This document shows positions 38,539 through 47,139 of a DNA stretch of 64,000 bases, piece after piece. The DNA is from a virus (lineage: Duplodnaviria > Caudoviricetes). A model generated the notes under the pieces. That model was not told the origin of the DNA. It saw only the letters and a program-made list of their open reading frames with translations, and did no database searches. Position 1 is the first letter of the stretch. Every line of letters starts with the position of its first letter. The stretch is taken from positions 1 through 64,000 of IMG/VR virus record IMGVR_UViG_3300037455_000467. One strand, given 5' to 3'. The position numbers and the translations under genes are program-made.

Positions 38539-38751
38539 TTACATCCATAACGGATATCTCATAATTATATTGTATTCTTCTCTAGAAAGCAAGCTCAATA
38601 GATAAGATGCTTGCTTATCATTGATCACACTCCAACATCCCATAAAATATCCTTCGCTGTAAGTCTTTGCAGCTTTGATATCAATTTTGTTGTTGAATGA
38701 TCGCCAATTAGCAATCATTCTTTGAACTGCTTTCTTTTCTCTTCTTTTCAT
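38539..38751 (-). CDS. Hypothetical protein (cassette gene)
   Basis: 70 aa, AGGAGG RBS. Confidence 0.65.
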   Translation of the reverse strand: MKRREKKAVQRMIANWRSFNNKIDIKAAKTYSEGYFMGCWSVINDKQASYLLSLLSREEYNIIMRYPLWM

Positions 38752-38790
38752 ACTTCCTCCTAAATATCCGTGAGATCCACATTGATCTCT

Positions 38791-38817
38791 CCTATAAAGA
38801 GGTAGTATTTATTGCGA
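38791..38817 (-). promoter_or_regulatory. CGCA-type phage promoter motif
   Basis: Sense TCGCAATAAATACTACCTCTTTATAGG, nearly identical to 38262-38289. Confidence 0.7.
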
Positions 38818-38823
38818 AAAATA

Positions 38824-39096
38824 TCACACAACATTTCTAGAAACAATTTTCCAATCAAGATAACGATAACAATTATCGTATACTTCTTTATAACAAATAG
38901 ACACTTGCATTTCATCTGGATTTATTATTACATCTCTAATATGCATTAGGCCTTTATTATGTATGTAAAAAAAGCCATCTAAATCTTTTTCTATATGAAG
39001 CCAAGCATCTTCTATTTTAAAATATAAATTGGGATAACAAACTGAATCCATGTCAAATCTTAATACAGATCGTTTTTTAATTTCGAAAACTCTCAT
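38824..39096 (-). CDS. Hypothetical protein, tandem paralog A
   Basis: Shares LYFKIEDAW and IINP..MQV with 39102-39374. Confidence 0.65.
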   Translation of the reverse strand: MRVFEIKKRSVLRFDMDSVCYPNLYFKIEDAWLHIEKDLDGFFYIHNKGLMHIRDVIINPDEMQVSICYKEVYDNCYRYLDWKIVSRNVV

Positions 39097-39101
39097 AACT
39101 A

Positions 39102-39374
39102 TTATCTAACCTCTCTATGAATAATATCAAAACAGGTATATTGATAATAATCATAATAAGTTTCTTTATATATAATACATACTTGCATTTTAGTTGGATT
39201 AATTATAATATTATGAATATGAATGGCGCCCATATCATGACTTCGAAATTCCATCTCTAAATGCTTACCAATTTCAGTCCAAGCATCTTCTATTTTAAAA
39301 TATAAATACAAATCACGGTCACTAACCTCGTATGATTGCATTACTTTACGTCTCTTAATTTCCCAAACATCCAT
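39102..39374 (-). CDS. Hypothetical protein, tandem paralog B
   Basis: Shares LYFKIEDAW; 29-bp identical DNA at 39001-39029 and 39279-39307. Confidence 0.65.
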   Translation of the reverse strand: MDVWEIKRRKVMQSYEVSDRDLYLYFKIEDAWTEIGKHLEMEFRSHDMGAIHIHNIIINPTKMQVCIIYKETYYDYYQYTCFDIIHREVR

Positions 39375-39403
39375 GATTTCTCCAGAATTATTTAATCATA
39401 ATT

Positions 39404-39967
39404 TTATTGATTCTTTCTAGAATATCCATATACCGACCATTCATCATTGCTTTTATCAGCTTCATATTCAAAACCAACTTTTTCAGCAATATGAGTAGAG
39501 CCAGTATTCTCTTTATAAGCTCCCCAGCCAAGATAAGTAGCACCATATTTGTCTGCATTTTTATCAAACCAGTTGACGCCTTGCTGAGCTAATTTTAATG
39601 CTCGTCCCTGACCTCTATAATTAGGATCAGTACCGACAGCTACAGTTAAATGACCTTCACGAGTTGTTGTCATAATATCAAGAAAAGCTACTGGAATATC
39701 ACCATCTTTTTCTAAAAATCGTTTAACAACATACTCGCCTTCTTGAAGTGTTAAGAATTCGTTAGATCCTTCATCATCACCAAGAAGATATTTATCTTTT
39801 TTGGACATAGAATTATAGATACGATCTACATCATTTTTAGTCTTAGCAGCACGCTGCATTCGTCTATGATAAATACCTTCTTCAGTCAAAGATCCATCAG
39901 CATTCTGATAACGTCTAACACCCCATTTCATGCCTTTTACGCCATGATGAGCTAAATATATATTCAT
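39404..39967 (-). CDS. HHG-leader protein with a C-terminal GNAT acetyltransferase domain
   Basis: YLAHHGVKGMKWGVRR; VGTDPNYRGQGRALKL; ENTGSTHIAEKVGF. Confidence 0.8.
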   Translation of the reverse strand: MNIYLAHHGVKGMKWGVRRYQNADGSLTEEGIYHRRMQRAAKTKNDVDRIYNSMSKKDKYLLGDDEGSNEFLTLQEGEYVVKRFLEKDGDIPVAFLDIMTTTREGHLTVAVGTDPNYRGQGRALKLAQQGVNWFDKNADKYGATYLGWGAYKENTGSTHIAEKVGFEYEADKSNDEWSVYGYSRKNQ

Positions 39968-40039
39968 GAGTAAAAGTCCTTACTAAAAATATAAAGCTAG
40001 CCGTAAATTTCTTCACAGCTAGCCTTATAGAAACTAACT

Positions 40040-40336
40040 TTAATCCTCTTGAGAGAATTTTTCTTTATACTTCATTACAGCAGTTCGCTCCATGAACATC
40101 TTAGCACCTTCATGGGTGAGCCTATCTATTTCAGATTTAACGACACAACGATCTCTTTTTAAAGTATCAAGCTCGTTCTCTAAGGTCTCAATAGCATCCT
40201 CAAGCTGATCGAACTTAATTTTGAGTTCGTGTTTCTCATCATCTTTAGCATTGACTCGTTCATGAATATCATCTAAGATCTCTTCACAAAGTCCAACTAT
40301 GTGATAATTTATACTCATAACTAACCTCCTCTCCAC
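40040..40336 (-). CDS. Coiled-coil protein (cassette gene)
   Basis: Own promoter and terminator; resembles 37923-38240. Confidence 0.65.
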   Translation of the reverse strand: MERRLVMSINYHIVGLCEEILDDIHERVNAKDDEKHELKIKFDQLEDAIETLENELDTLKRDRCVVKSEIDRLTHEGAKMFMERTAVMKYKEKFSQED

Positions 40337-40355
40337 AATAGTCTTTCTGTCAGTT

Positions 40356-40383
40356 CCTATTATAGAAGAAGTTAGTTTTGCGA
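40356..40383 (-). promoter_or_regulatory. CGCA-type phage promoter motif
   Basis: Sense TCGCAAAACTAACTTCTTCTATAATAGG. Confidence 0.7.
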
Positions 40384-40384
40384 G

Positions 40385-40423
40385 AAAAAAGAAAAGGTGG
40401 TTAATGATTCAACTAACCACCTT
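40385..40423 (-). terminator. Intrinsic terminator directly upstream of the next promoter
   Basis: AAGGTGGTTA...TAACCACCTT stem followed by TTCTTTTTT. Confidence 0.75.
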
Positions 40424-40441
40424 AAATCTTAGAATATAATT

Positions 40442-40921
40442 TTAGATTGACGGTCGAACCAACTGGCTCATTCCATTAACAAGTCTTTGAGGAACTGTAC
40501 TATTCCTTTCAAGACCAATCCAGAAAGCTAGAATAATACCATATGTTACAATGCCACCCATTTTTAACATGGTTTGCGAATATCCATCTTGTCTCTTGTT
40601 TTGCGCTTCTATTATCTGAAGCTTTATTTTGTCTTTTTCAGAACTTCCTTTCTCAAGGGAATTCAGAATATCACTTAAAACTTTCAGATTATTTGCTGCC
40701 ATTTGATACTCAGGTGTATCAGCATGCAATGTTGACATTGTACTGATGGCATTAACCATCTCTTCCTTTATTAGTTCTTTGATTTTTTCATAATCTAATT
40801 CACTCTCATCTTCGTTAATAGATACAGCAACTTTGGTTACCGATCCATTATTGTATCCCAAAAGATTTAATAATGTTGGTGAATTTACCATACCTTTTCC
40901 TTTCGTCCTAGGAAGAATCAT
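40442..40921 (-). CDS. Membrane-anchored hypothetical protein (cassette gene)
   Basis: 159 aa, C-terminal TM. Confidence 0.65.
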   Translation of the reverse strand: MILPRTKGKGMVNSPTLLNLLGYNNGSVTKVAVSINEDESELDYEKIKELIKEEMVNAISTMSTLHADTPEYQMAANNLKVLSDILNSLEKGSSEKDKIKLQIIEAQNKRQDGYSQTMLKMGGIVTYGIILAFWIGLERNSTVPQRLVNGMSQLVRPSI

Positions 40922-40939
40922 TCTCTTCGATTCTTCTCT

Positions 40940-40966
40940 CCTTTATAGAAAAAGTATTTTTTGCGG
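40940..40966 (-). promoter_or_regulatory. CGCA-type phage promoter motif
   Basis: Sense CCGCAAAAAATACTTTTTCTATAAAGG. Confidence 0.65.
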
Positions 40967-40972
40967 AACTTA

Positions 40973-41902
40973 TTATAACAAATTATTATACTTCTGATCA
41001 TTACCAGTTGTACGTAATCTCTCCCAATCAGGCTCTCCATACTTTTCAACATATGACTTGTAACCAACAAAGTCCTTACCATACCGTCTTAAATTACTTT
41101 CAAGAACAGCCTTGGTAGCTTTATCATAAGTCTTTTGGAATTCTGAAGCACGCTTCTTTTCGCGTTCAACTTCAGCCGCTCTACGCTTATTCTCTGCAGC
41201 AGCTTCTTTACGAGCCTTATTACGCTTCATGCCCCAATAATCAGCTTGCTCTCGTGCTGAATCTCTGTTTCGATTAATATCACGTGCACTAAATGTTGTG
41301 TCTTTATTTACAACCTTAGCTTCTGGACCATTATATCGTCCTTCGCGCATATTATTAACGAATTCTTTACGAGCATCTGAATCTCGAACTGATTTCATAG
41401 CATCAGATATCTTAGTTTTTGTTGCTGCTTTCTGCTGATTCTTAGCAGTCTTCATATTGTTATAATTAGCTCGTGTAAATTGATCTGCTATAGCTTCTCG
41501 TTCTTTATCAGTATAACTATAGAAACCAGGATTTTCTTTAATTGCTTCATTTGCATACTTCTTAGCAAGATTATACTGGTGAGTATCGCTTACTTTATTA
41601 GCGGCCATATTAGCAATATAAGCAGTAGCAAGAACCCCACCAGCAATTGCAGCACCTTTAGCAATTTTCTTATAAGTCTCTTTAGCTTCATCTGATGTCA
41701 ACTTTTCTTTAAGAGCATCTCGCTTTTCTTGTTTAGCAGCTTTACGATCTTGACGATTCTGCCAATATTTAGCATAGCGTTTCTTACCAGCATCTGTGAG
41801 TTTTCCTGCAGCAGTTTCATATCTACGGACACCCCACTTCATGCCTTTTACGCCATGATGAGCTAAATATAAATCATCAGTATAACTTGGTAAATACTCC
41901 AA
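40973..41902 (-). CDS. HHG-leader protein with a basic helical body
   Basis: DDLYLAHHGVKGMKWGVRRYET. Confidence 0.8.
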   Translation of the reverse strand: MEYLPSYTDDLYLAHHGVKGMKWGVRRYETAAGKLTDAGKKRYAKYWQNRQDRKAAKQEKRDALKEKLTSDEAKETYKKIAKGAAIAGGVLATAYIANMAANKVSDTHQYNLAKKYANEAIKENPGFYSYTDKEREAIADQFTRANYNNMKTAKNQQKAATKTKISDAMKSVRDSDARKEFVNNMREGRYNGPEAKVVNKDTTFSARDINRNRDSAREQADYWGMKRNKARKEAAAENKRRAAEVEREKKRASEFQKTYDKATKAVLESNLRRYGKDFVGYKSYVEKYGEPDWERLRTTGNDQKYNNLL

Positions 41903-41917
41903 AATATAAACACCTCC

Positions 41918-42991
41918 TTATCTATTAATTCCGAATTGATTCAACAAGTTATTAGTTGCTTCTATTGTTGATTGATTAAGATTACCAATCATCTCAGAAA
42001 TATCACCGGATTTAACAGATTTAGCAGCATTGTAAACTGTTTTAGCATCTTGAATAGTCTTTGGAGCATTCTTTATTTTAGATACTGTAGTCTTAGCTTT
42101 TTCAAATTGCTCAGCAGTATCATCAGTATTACGTTCTCTAGTTCTACGTTGTTCATACCGAGCTTGTTCTTTTGCTTTTTTAGAAGCTTCGTTCTTTTCT
42201 TTAACAACTGTAGCAATACTTTTTGCGGCATTACCAGCAGTATTCTTAACGGTGTTGACAGCTTTTTTAGCATTATCGCTATTTAAATACTTGCTAGTGC
42301 CGTCTTTAATCGTAGAAATTTGCTGTGCAAAAATATCACTAGCAGCTTGTTGCTTAGTAGCTGCTGCTCTAGCTTTAGAAGCCTTAGCATTAGCTTCTTT
42401 AATAGCATCAGAAGCTCGATGAGATGCGGGTTCGACATTCTTTGTTGACTTCTTAGCAATATCAGCAACTTTACTATTCTTAAGCTTACTAGTAGCTGCC
42501 TCAATAAGTTGTTTATCCTTACCAGTTTTGTGAAGAGCATAAGCAGTTCCACCAACTAAAGCAGCTCCTGCAGCAGCTTTAAGTCCCTTTGAAACAATTC
42601 CAGATTTAGGAGATCTATTTGAAGCAACTGCTTTCATGTATTTATTGTGCTTAGCTTTTCTACGAGCACTATTAGCTAAAGATGCTCCAGCACTAGCAGC
42701 TGTAGCTCCTGCAACATATGGAGTAGCTTTATATAAATATGGATTCTTTCTAACAGCAAGTGTAGCAGCTGTTCCAACTACACCTTTAACAGCTGCTTTC
42801 TTTAAAGACTTGGATGACTTTTTATCATACTTGCTAGCTAGTTTAGCATACTTCTTTCTACCAGCAGGAGTAAGAGTCCCATCATAGTTTTCATAGCGAC
42901 GTACACCCCATCGCATACCTTTGATACCGTGATGAGCTAAATATAAATCATCTACGTATGAAGATGAGTACTCCACATTTAGTACCTCCAA
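41918..42991 (-). CDS. HHG-leader protein, K/A-rich helical body with hydrophobic patches
   Basis: DDLYLAHHGIKGMRWGVRRYENYDGTLT; starts 6 nt after the holin stop. Confidence 0.8.
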   Translation of the reverse strand: MEVLNVEYSSSYVDDLYLAHHGIKGMRWGVRRYENYDGTLTPAGRKKYAKLASKYDKKSSKSLKKAAVKGVVGTAATLAVRKNPYLYKATPYVAGATAASAGASLANSARRKAKHNKYMKAVASNRSPKSGIVSKGLKAAAGAALVGGTAYALHKTGKDKQLIEAATSKLKNSKVADIAKKSTKNVEPASHRASDAIKEANAKASKARAAATKQQAASDIFAQQISTIKDGTSKYLNSDNAKKAVNTVKNTAGNAAKSIATVVKEKNEASKKAKEQARYEQRRTRERNTDDTAEQFEKAKTTVSKIKNAPKTIQDAKTVYNAAKSVKSGDISEMIGNLNQSTIEATNNLLNQFGINR

Positions 42992-42996
42992 ACTTC

Positions 42997-43197
42997 TTAC
43001 TTATTATTGTAAGCTTTAGTACTAATCCCAAGCAATGCACCCATAAAAGTGTCGATTGCAGTAATAGTACCAACAACTTCATTACTATTAGGAAGTCCCC
43101 AAATAGCTGCCAAAGTGAAATATAAAGTTCCTAATGCAGGGAGAACAATCATAGCTATAAATTTTAAAATATCATACGTTTTATTGTCCATTAGCAT
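42997..43197 (-). CDS. Holin, Dp-1-like
   Basis: NKTYDILKFIAMIVLPALGTLYFTLAAIWGLP...ITAIDTFMGALLGIST. Confidence 0.85.
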   Translation of the reverse strand: MLMDNKTYDILKFIAMIVLPALGTLYFTLAAIWGLPNSNEVVGTITAIDTFMGALLGISTKAYNNK

Positions 43198-43255
43198 GAC
43201 ATTCCTCCTTTTGTTTTTATAAAAAATCCAATCGGGAAAATTTTGGCATTTTGTT

Positions 43256-43444
43256 TTATCTAATTGAAAGACTTATTATGAATATAATTATGATAATAAT
43301 TGAAAATAAATCGAATAAACATTTAGAAAAGTAATTATTATTGAAATTGTAATAAAAATCTTCTAAAAATCCACCAGCAAAAATATACAAAGCAATCAGA
43401 CTGAACGTCATCAAAGTACTTTCTCTATAAAAATACGAATCCAA
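43256..43444 (-). CDS. Small hydrophobic protein
   Basis: 62 aa, two hydrophobic segments, in the lysis region. Confidence 0.4.
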   Translation of the reverse strand: MDSYFYRESTLMTFSLIALYIFAGGFLEDFYYNFNNNYFSKCLFDLFSIIIIIIFIISLSIR

Positions 43445-43589
43445 CTATATACATAGTGCCTAATGCTATAAGCACTAAGGTTCCAAAAAATAATACAATA
43501 TCATACTCTCTAAATCTAGCAACAAGACATAATACTAATGCTATTGCTAAAAATATAAGCAATAGAAACCAAAATTTTAGAAGTATCAT
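43425..43589 (-). CDS. 54-aa two-TM protein (holin/antiholin candidate; not in the ORF track)
   Basis: ATGA overlap with the endolysin stop; MILLKFWFLLLIFLAIALVLCLVARFREYDIVLFFGTLVLIALGTMYIVGFVFL. Confidence 0.55.
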   Translation of the reverse strand: MILLKFWFLLLIFLAIALVLCLVARFREYDIVLFFGTLVLIALGTMYIVGFVFL

Positions 43590-45232
43590 GCAGGTTGAAC
43601 ACCAGCTCCGGCATCAAGAACTAGACCAGATTTAATGCTAGCAATCCTAATATTACCATCAGAAGACTCAATGAGTGCCCAGCGCTGAGCATCAGTACTA
43701 TTGCTCGGATGAATCCAAATACCAGTCTTATTCTCAGTGCCGCCATTAATAACGTCAAGTCTCATGCCAGGTGCGCATTTAGGCTCAAGCTCGCAGTACG
43801 TACCGAAAGCTTTAGGAACCCAAATAAGTTTCCAAAGCTGTCCGTCAGAGTTGAGTTTCTTCCATACTCGAACTGGCGTATGATCATCAGATAAAGCATC
43901 TCGAACATCAAGATACATGTCTCGACCAATATTACGAATTCTGAAATATCCATCATTATTGTTGATGAATTCGAAGTGTTGCATCGGAGTATTATTAGTC
44001 TGATAGATCTTAGTAGAATATCCATCCGGAATTACTGGAGTAGGTTCTGGCGTTGGCTCAGGTTCAGGAGTAGGATCTGGTTTTGGAGCAGGCTTAGTAC
44101 CATACTTAGGACGAATAACATATCGAATAGTACTCAATGCACGAGTTTTATTTTGAACCGAGTTAGAGACATTACCTTCAATTGTCTCGACATATCCGCC
44201 AACAAGTGAACCCTTAGCAAAGCCAATATGATCAGTTGTGGCAGTACCCCAGTTCCAGTCAAATATCAGAATGTCACCACGTTTAATACTAGTACGCTCA
44301 ACAAGAAGCTTATTAGCGCCTCCATTAAGAGCAAGGTCAGTATTCTGAGACGGGAATCCTGCAACTTCAACACCAGCCTTATTCAAGACCCAACTGACAA
44401 ACATGCAGCACCACCAAATCTCAACTGATGGTCCTGCCATCCAATCTTCACCAGTTATTTGAGCCATCCAACGACCATACTTAGATCCGCGCTCAGGATC
44501 ATTAGGAGCATAATATCCAAGCTCGCCTTCAGCAATGCTAATAACATCATCAGCTGTTCCACCAGAGCTAGGCACAGTCTCATCCTCCTCATATGATGTA
44601 TCGCCATTGTTAATACGACTTGGATAGTCAACAACACACCAGTCAACATCATGGAAACCAGAAACATCATCATATACGATCATACCATCAGAGTAGCGCA
44701 TACCACCCTGCTGCCACATACCAATATCGCCAGCTTCATAAGGCCACTTGGCACGCCACCAAGCAATCCAGTTAGCATACTTATCGAGTTCGTTTCGATA
44801 CATGTTATTAAGCCACGCTGAGCCACCCGTGTATAGACCGGCATAATATCCAAGCTGAATCAACTTATCGCAGAAAGCTTTAATAACATCTGTAAGATTA
44901 CGAGCAGGAAGAGCAAACTGACGATTGTCCTCTACATCCATGTAACACGGGAGATCGTATTTACGACCCTTGAGAATATTGGCAAAGTGCTCAGCATCTT
45001 TTATAGCATCAGTAGTATTAGTAGAGACAGTATAATAATAAAAGCCGATATGAAGGCCCGCAGCCTTAGCGTTTGCATAATGACGCTCAAACCATGAGTC
45101 TGTGTATCGATTAAGACCAGTTTCATGTCCACCAGCTTTAATTATAACTCCCCATAAATTATGCTTCTGCTTCCATGCAGCAAGGTCAATATCAGAATCG
45201 TATTTGGAAATATCAAGTACTAATTCGTTCAT
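43586..45232 (-). CDS. Modular endolysin: GH25 muramidase, CHAP, Pro-rich linker, ricin-B-like domain
   Basis: LDISKY...IIKA...GFYYY...YMDVE (GH25); WWCCMFVSW...DHIGF...IEGN (CHAP); PKPDPTPEPEPTPEP; YLDV...QLWKL, LDV...QRW. Confidence 0.9.
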   Translation of the reverse strand: MNELVLDISKYDSDIDLAAWKQKHNLWGVIIKAGGHETGLNRYTDSWFERHYANAKAAGLHIGFYYYTVSTNTTDAIKDAEHFANILKGRKYDLPCYMDVEDNRQFALPARNLTDVIKAFCDKLIQLGYYAGLYTGGSAWLNNMYRNELDKYANWIAWWRAKWPYEAGDIGMWQQGGMRYSDGMIVYDDVSGFHDVDWCVVDYPSRINNGDTSYEEDETVPSSGGTADDVISIAEGELGYYAPNDPERGSKYGRWMAQITGEDWMAGPSVEIWWCCMFVSWVLNKAGVEVAGFPSQNTDLALNGGANKLLVERTSIKRGDILIFDWNWGTATTDHIGFAKGSLVGGYVETIEGNVSNSVQNKTRALSTIRYVIRPKYGTKPAPKPDPTPEPEPTPEPTPVIPDGYSTKIYQTNNTPMQHFEFINNNDGYFRIRNIGRDMYLDVRDALSDDHTPVRVWKKLNSDGQLWKLIWVPKAFGTYCELEPKCAPGMRLDVINGGTENKTGIWIHPSNSTDAQRWALIESSDGNIRIASIKSGLVLDAGAGVQPA

Positions 45233-45420
45233 AGAGAGACCCCTCTTTTCTTTTTATTAATATCAGAATTCAAAATTTCTTCTACTTTAGCTTTTGCTTC
45301 TTCGATACTAGTTCTTCGATTTGTAATCTCGTCAATTTGCTTTTTCTTACGAGTAACTATACCTCGACCCTTGCGCTGTGCTTTGATCAACTCTGTGAAA
45401 TCAATCATTGGGCTCTCCAA
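45229..45420 (-). CDS. Small basic hypothetical protein
   Basis: 63 aa overlapping the endolysin start. Confidence 0.5.
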   Translation of the reverse strand: MESPMIDFTELIKAQRKGRGIVTRKKKQIDEITNRRTSIEEAKAKVEEILNSDINKKKRGVSL

Positions 45421-45427
45421 ATATCAA

Positions 45428-45859
45428 TTAAATTTTTTCAATCCAAACAGCATCAATAGGTGATCCAAGTCCACCAAGAACCTCACCCTCAACATTAGAA
45501 GTGTTCTTAGAGGCTAGCCATGAACCACCCTTGCAATGAACAGAGAATATAAATCCCTCGCCAACAAGCTCAATACCAGTAATATCAGTGCCATCGCCGA
45601 GAGATACAAAGTTCTTTTTATAAGGAAGCCACTTACCTCTACGATTGCGTACACGAGCCTTCCTAATACCTTCACATTCAATCTTAAAATCAGTCATATT
45701 AAGACCAATAATACCGGCATGATCTAGGTCACTACCATCAACAGCCTCAGTTCCAATCATCTCAATGCCCCAACCATTCTGAGATGCAGCAACATAATGT
45801 GGCTCAGTATAAGTTACAGGTGCATTAGTGGTATCAGCCATGACTAATCTCCTTCTCAA
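45428..45859 (-). CDS. Hypothetical protein, ChW-repeat-like
   Basis: RVRNRRGKWLP and SVHCKGGSWL...GSPIDAVWI. Confidence 0.45.
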   Translation of the reverse strand: MRRRLVMADTTNAPVTYTEPHYVAASQNGWGIEMIGTEAVDGSDLDHAGIIGLNMTDFKIECEGIRKARVRNRRGKWLPYKKNFVSLGDGTDITGIELVGEGFIFSVHCKGGSWLASKNTSNVEGEVLGGLGSPIDAVWIEKI

Positions 45860-46215
45860 ATAGTCTTAACGTCTAAATCGTTTATTCTATCAATATAACT
45901 TGATACAAAGTGATTGTGTCCAACTAAATCATCATATCTCTCGTGTAAATTAAGAATAGAAGAAAGTTCTTCAGCTGTTATCCAGCCTCGTTTAAGACAC
46001 TTCTCACAACTATATACAATATTAACTCGCATATCAGCTTTTGTAGCATCAGATAGTCGATCAAGCTTCTCATCTAGCTTATCTCGCCATTCTTTGCTTT
46101 CTTCACGATACTCTTTAATTCTATCAAGTGCAATCTTAACTATCCATCCTACTATGCCTGTGACAATAGTATTCAAGATAAGTTCGATAGGTATTTCAAA
46201 TTCCAATATATTCAC
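45856..46215 (-). CDS. Membrane-anchored coiled-coil protein of the lysis region
   Basis: N-terminal TM, coiled coil, RGWITAEE...Y..L..N. Confidence 0.65.
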   Translation of the reverse strand: MNILEFEIPIELILNTIVTGIVGWIVKIALDRIKEYREESKEWRDKLDEKLDRLSDATKADMRVNIVYSCEKCLKRGWITAEELSSILNLHERYDDLVGHNHFVSSYIDRINDLDVKTI

Positions 46216-46224
46216 CTCGCCTCT

Positions 46225-46635
46225 CTAAGCGACTCGCTTTATACGGAGACAAGGATTGCTACCGATATTCACAGTAGTAGTGCCAGTATTAATCACCGTA
46301 ACAGACTCGCATCCAATGCAGCAACATGTCTTAAGTAATGTGCCAGATGAAACATTATTAAGATCCCCTGCTGCAGAAGTAGTACTAATCATAGTAGTCT
46401 CAAGCAAAGCTGAGTTATCTATAGCTATAGCAAGTTGTGCTTGCTCTGCTTCAGTAGTAGAGCCAATATTAGCATTAAATATAAGTTCATAAATAGCATT
46501 CTTAGCTGTTAGATTTACTACTCCGGAATTTGGTCTGTGACATTCAGCACGCCCAGTATTAAGGACAATCGTATCGAAAGTTATTGACTGACCCGGAAGA
46601 ACAGTCTGATCAATCGAATTCGAAAGAACTAACAT
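46225..46635 (-). CDS. BclA C-terminal-like (jelly-roll) Cys-rich protein
   Basis: QTVLPGQSITFDT...YELIFNANI...LAIAID...TCCCIGC. Confidence 0.5.
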   Translation of the reverse strand: MLVLSNSIDQTVLPGQSITFDTIVLNTGRAECHRPNSGVVNLTAKNAIYELIFNANIGSTTEAEQAQLAIAIDNSALLETTMISTTSAAGDLNNVSSGTLLKTCCCIGCESVTVINTGTTTVNIGSNPCLRIKRVA

Positions 46636-46799
46636 AGTATACCTCCTTGTTTTTACTAAAAATTCAACTGGGGTAAATTTTTAGTTTTGAAAAATATAAA
46701 CTCTGGCCCGCCGAGTAGCCACAACACTCCAGAACACTTGCGAGATGTTCTATCTTTATGGGCATCCGCGATTTACGCATTTACCAGAGTTTTTAATAC

Positions 46800-47129
46800 T
46801 TAACTATTTATAATTTCTTCATAATATCGAATAGTTTCTTCAAGTGATCGAATAAGTTCCCCATGAGTAGCTTTATTAATATAAGCTATATCAATGGTTA
46901 TAGTATTCCCAGAACTATCAAAAACATCGATATTATTACTATCTCGCAAACTTGTTGATTCTAAGCTTTCCTTATTACCAACAATAATAGAACCATTAGA
47001 AGCATGAGCTATATATCCGGATAATAAAGTTTCTGAAGTTACTGTATCCGCAGTTAGATCTATTATAGTTCTATTATTTACAACAACTTTATTATAATTT
47101 TTGATTGACATATAGCTCATCTCCTTCAT
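46800..47129 (-). CDS. Hypothetical tail-associated protein (partial paralog of 47140-47745)
   Basis: NKVVVNNRTIIDLTADTVT versus NKIIVNGQTKIDLTADTVT. Confidence 0.65.
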   Translation of the reverse strand: MKEMSYMSIKNYNKVVVNNRTIIDLTADTVTSETLLSGYIAHASNGSIIVGNKESLESTSLRDSNNIDVFDSSGNTITIDIAYINKATHGELIRSLEETIRYYEEIINS

Positions 47130-47139
47130 TTAAAAATTT

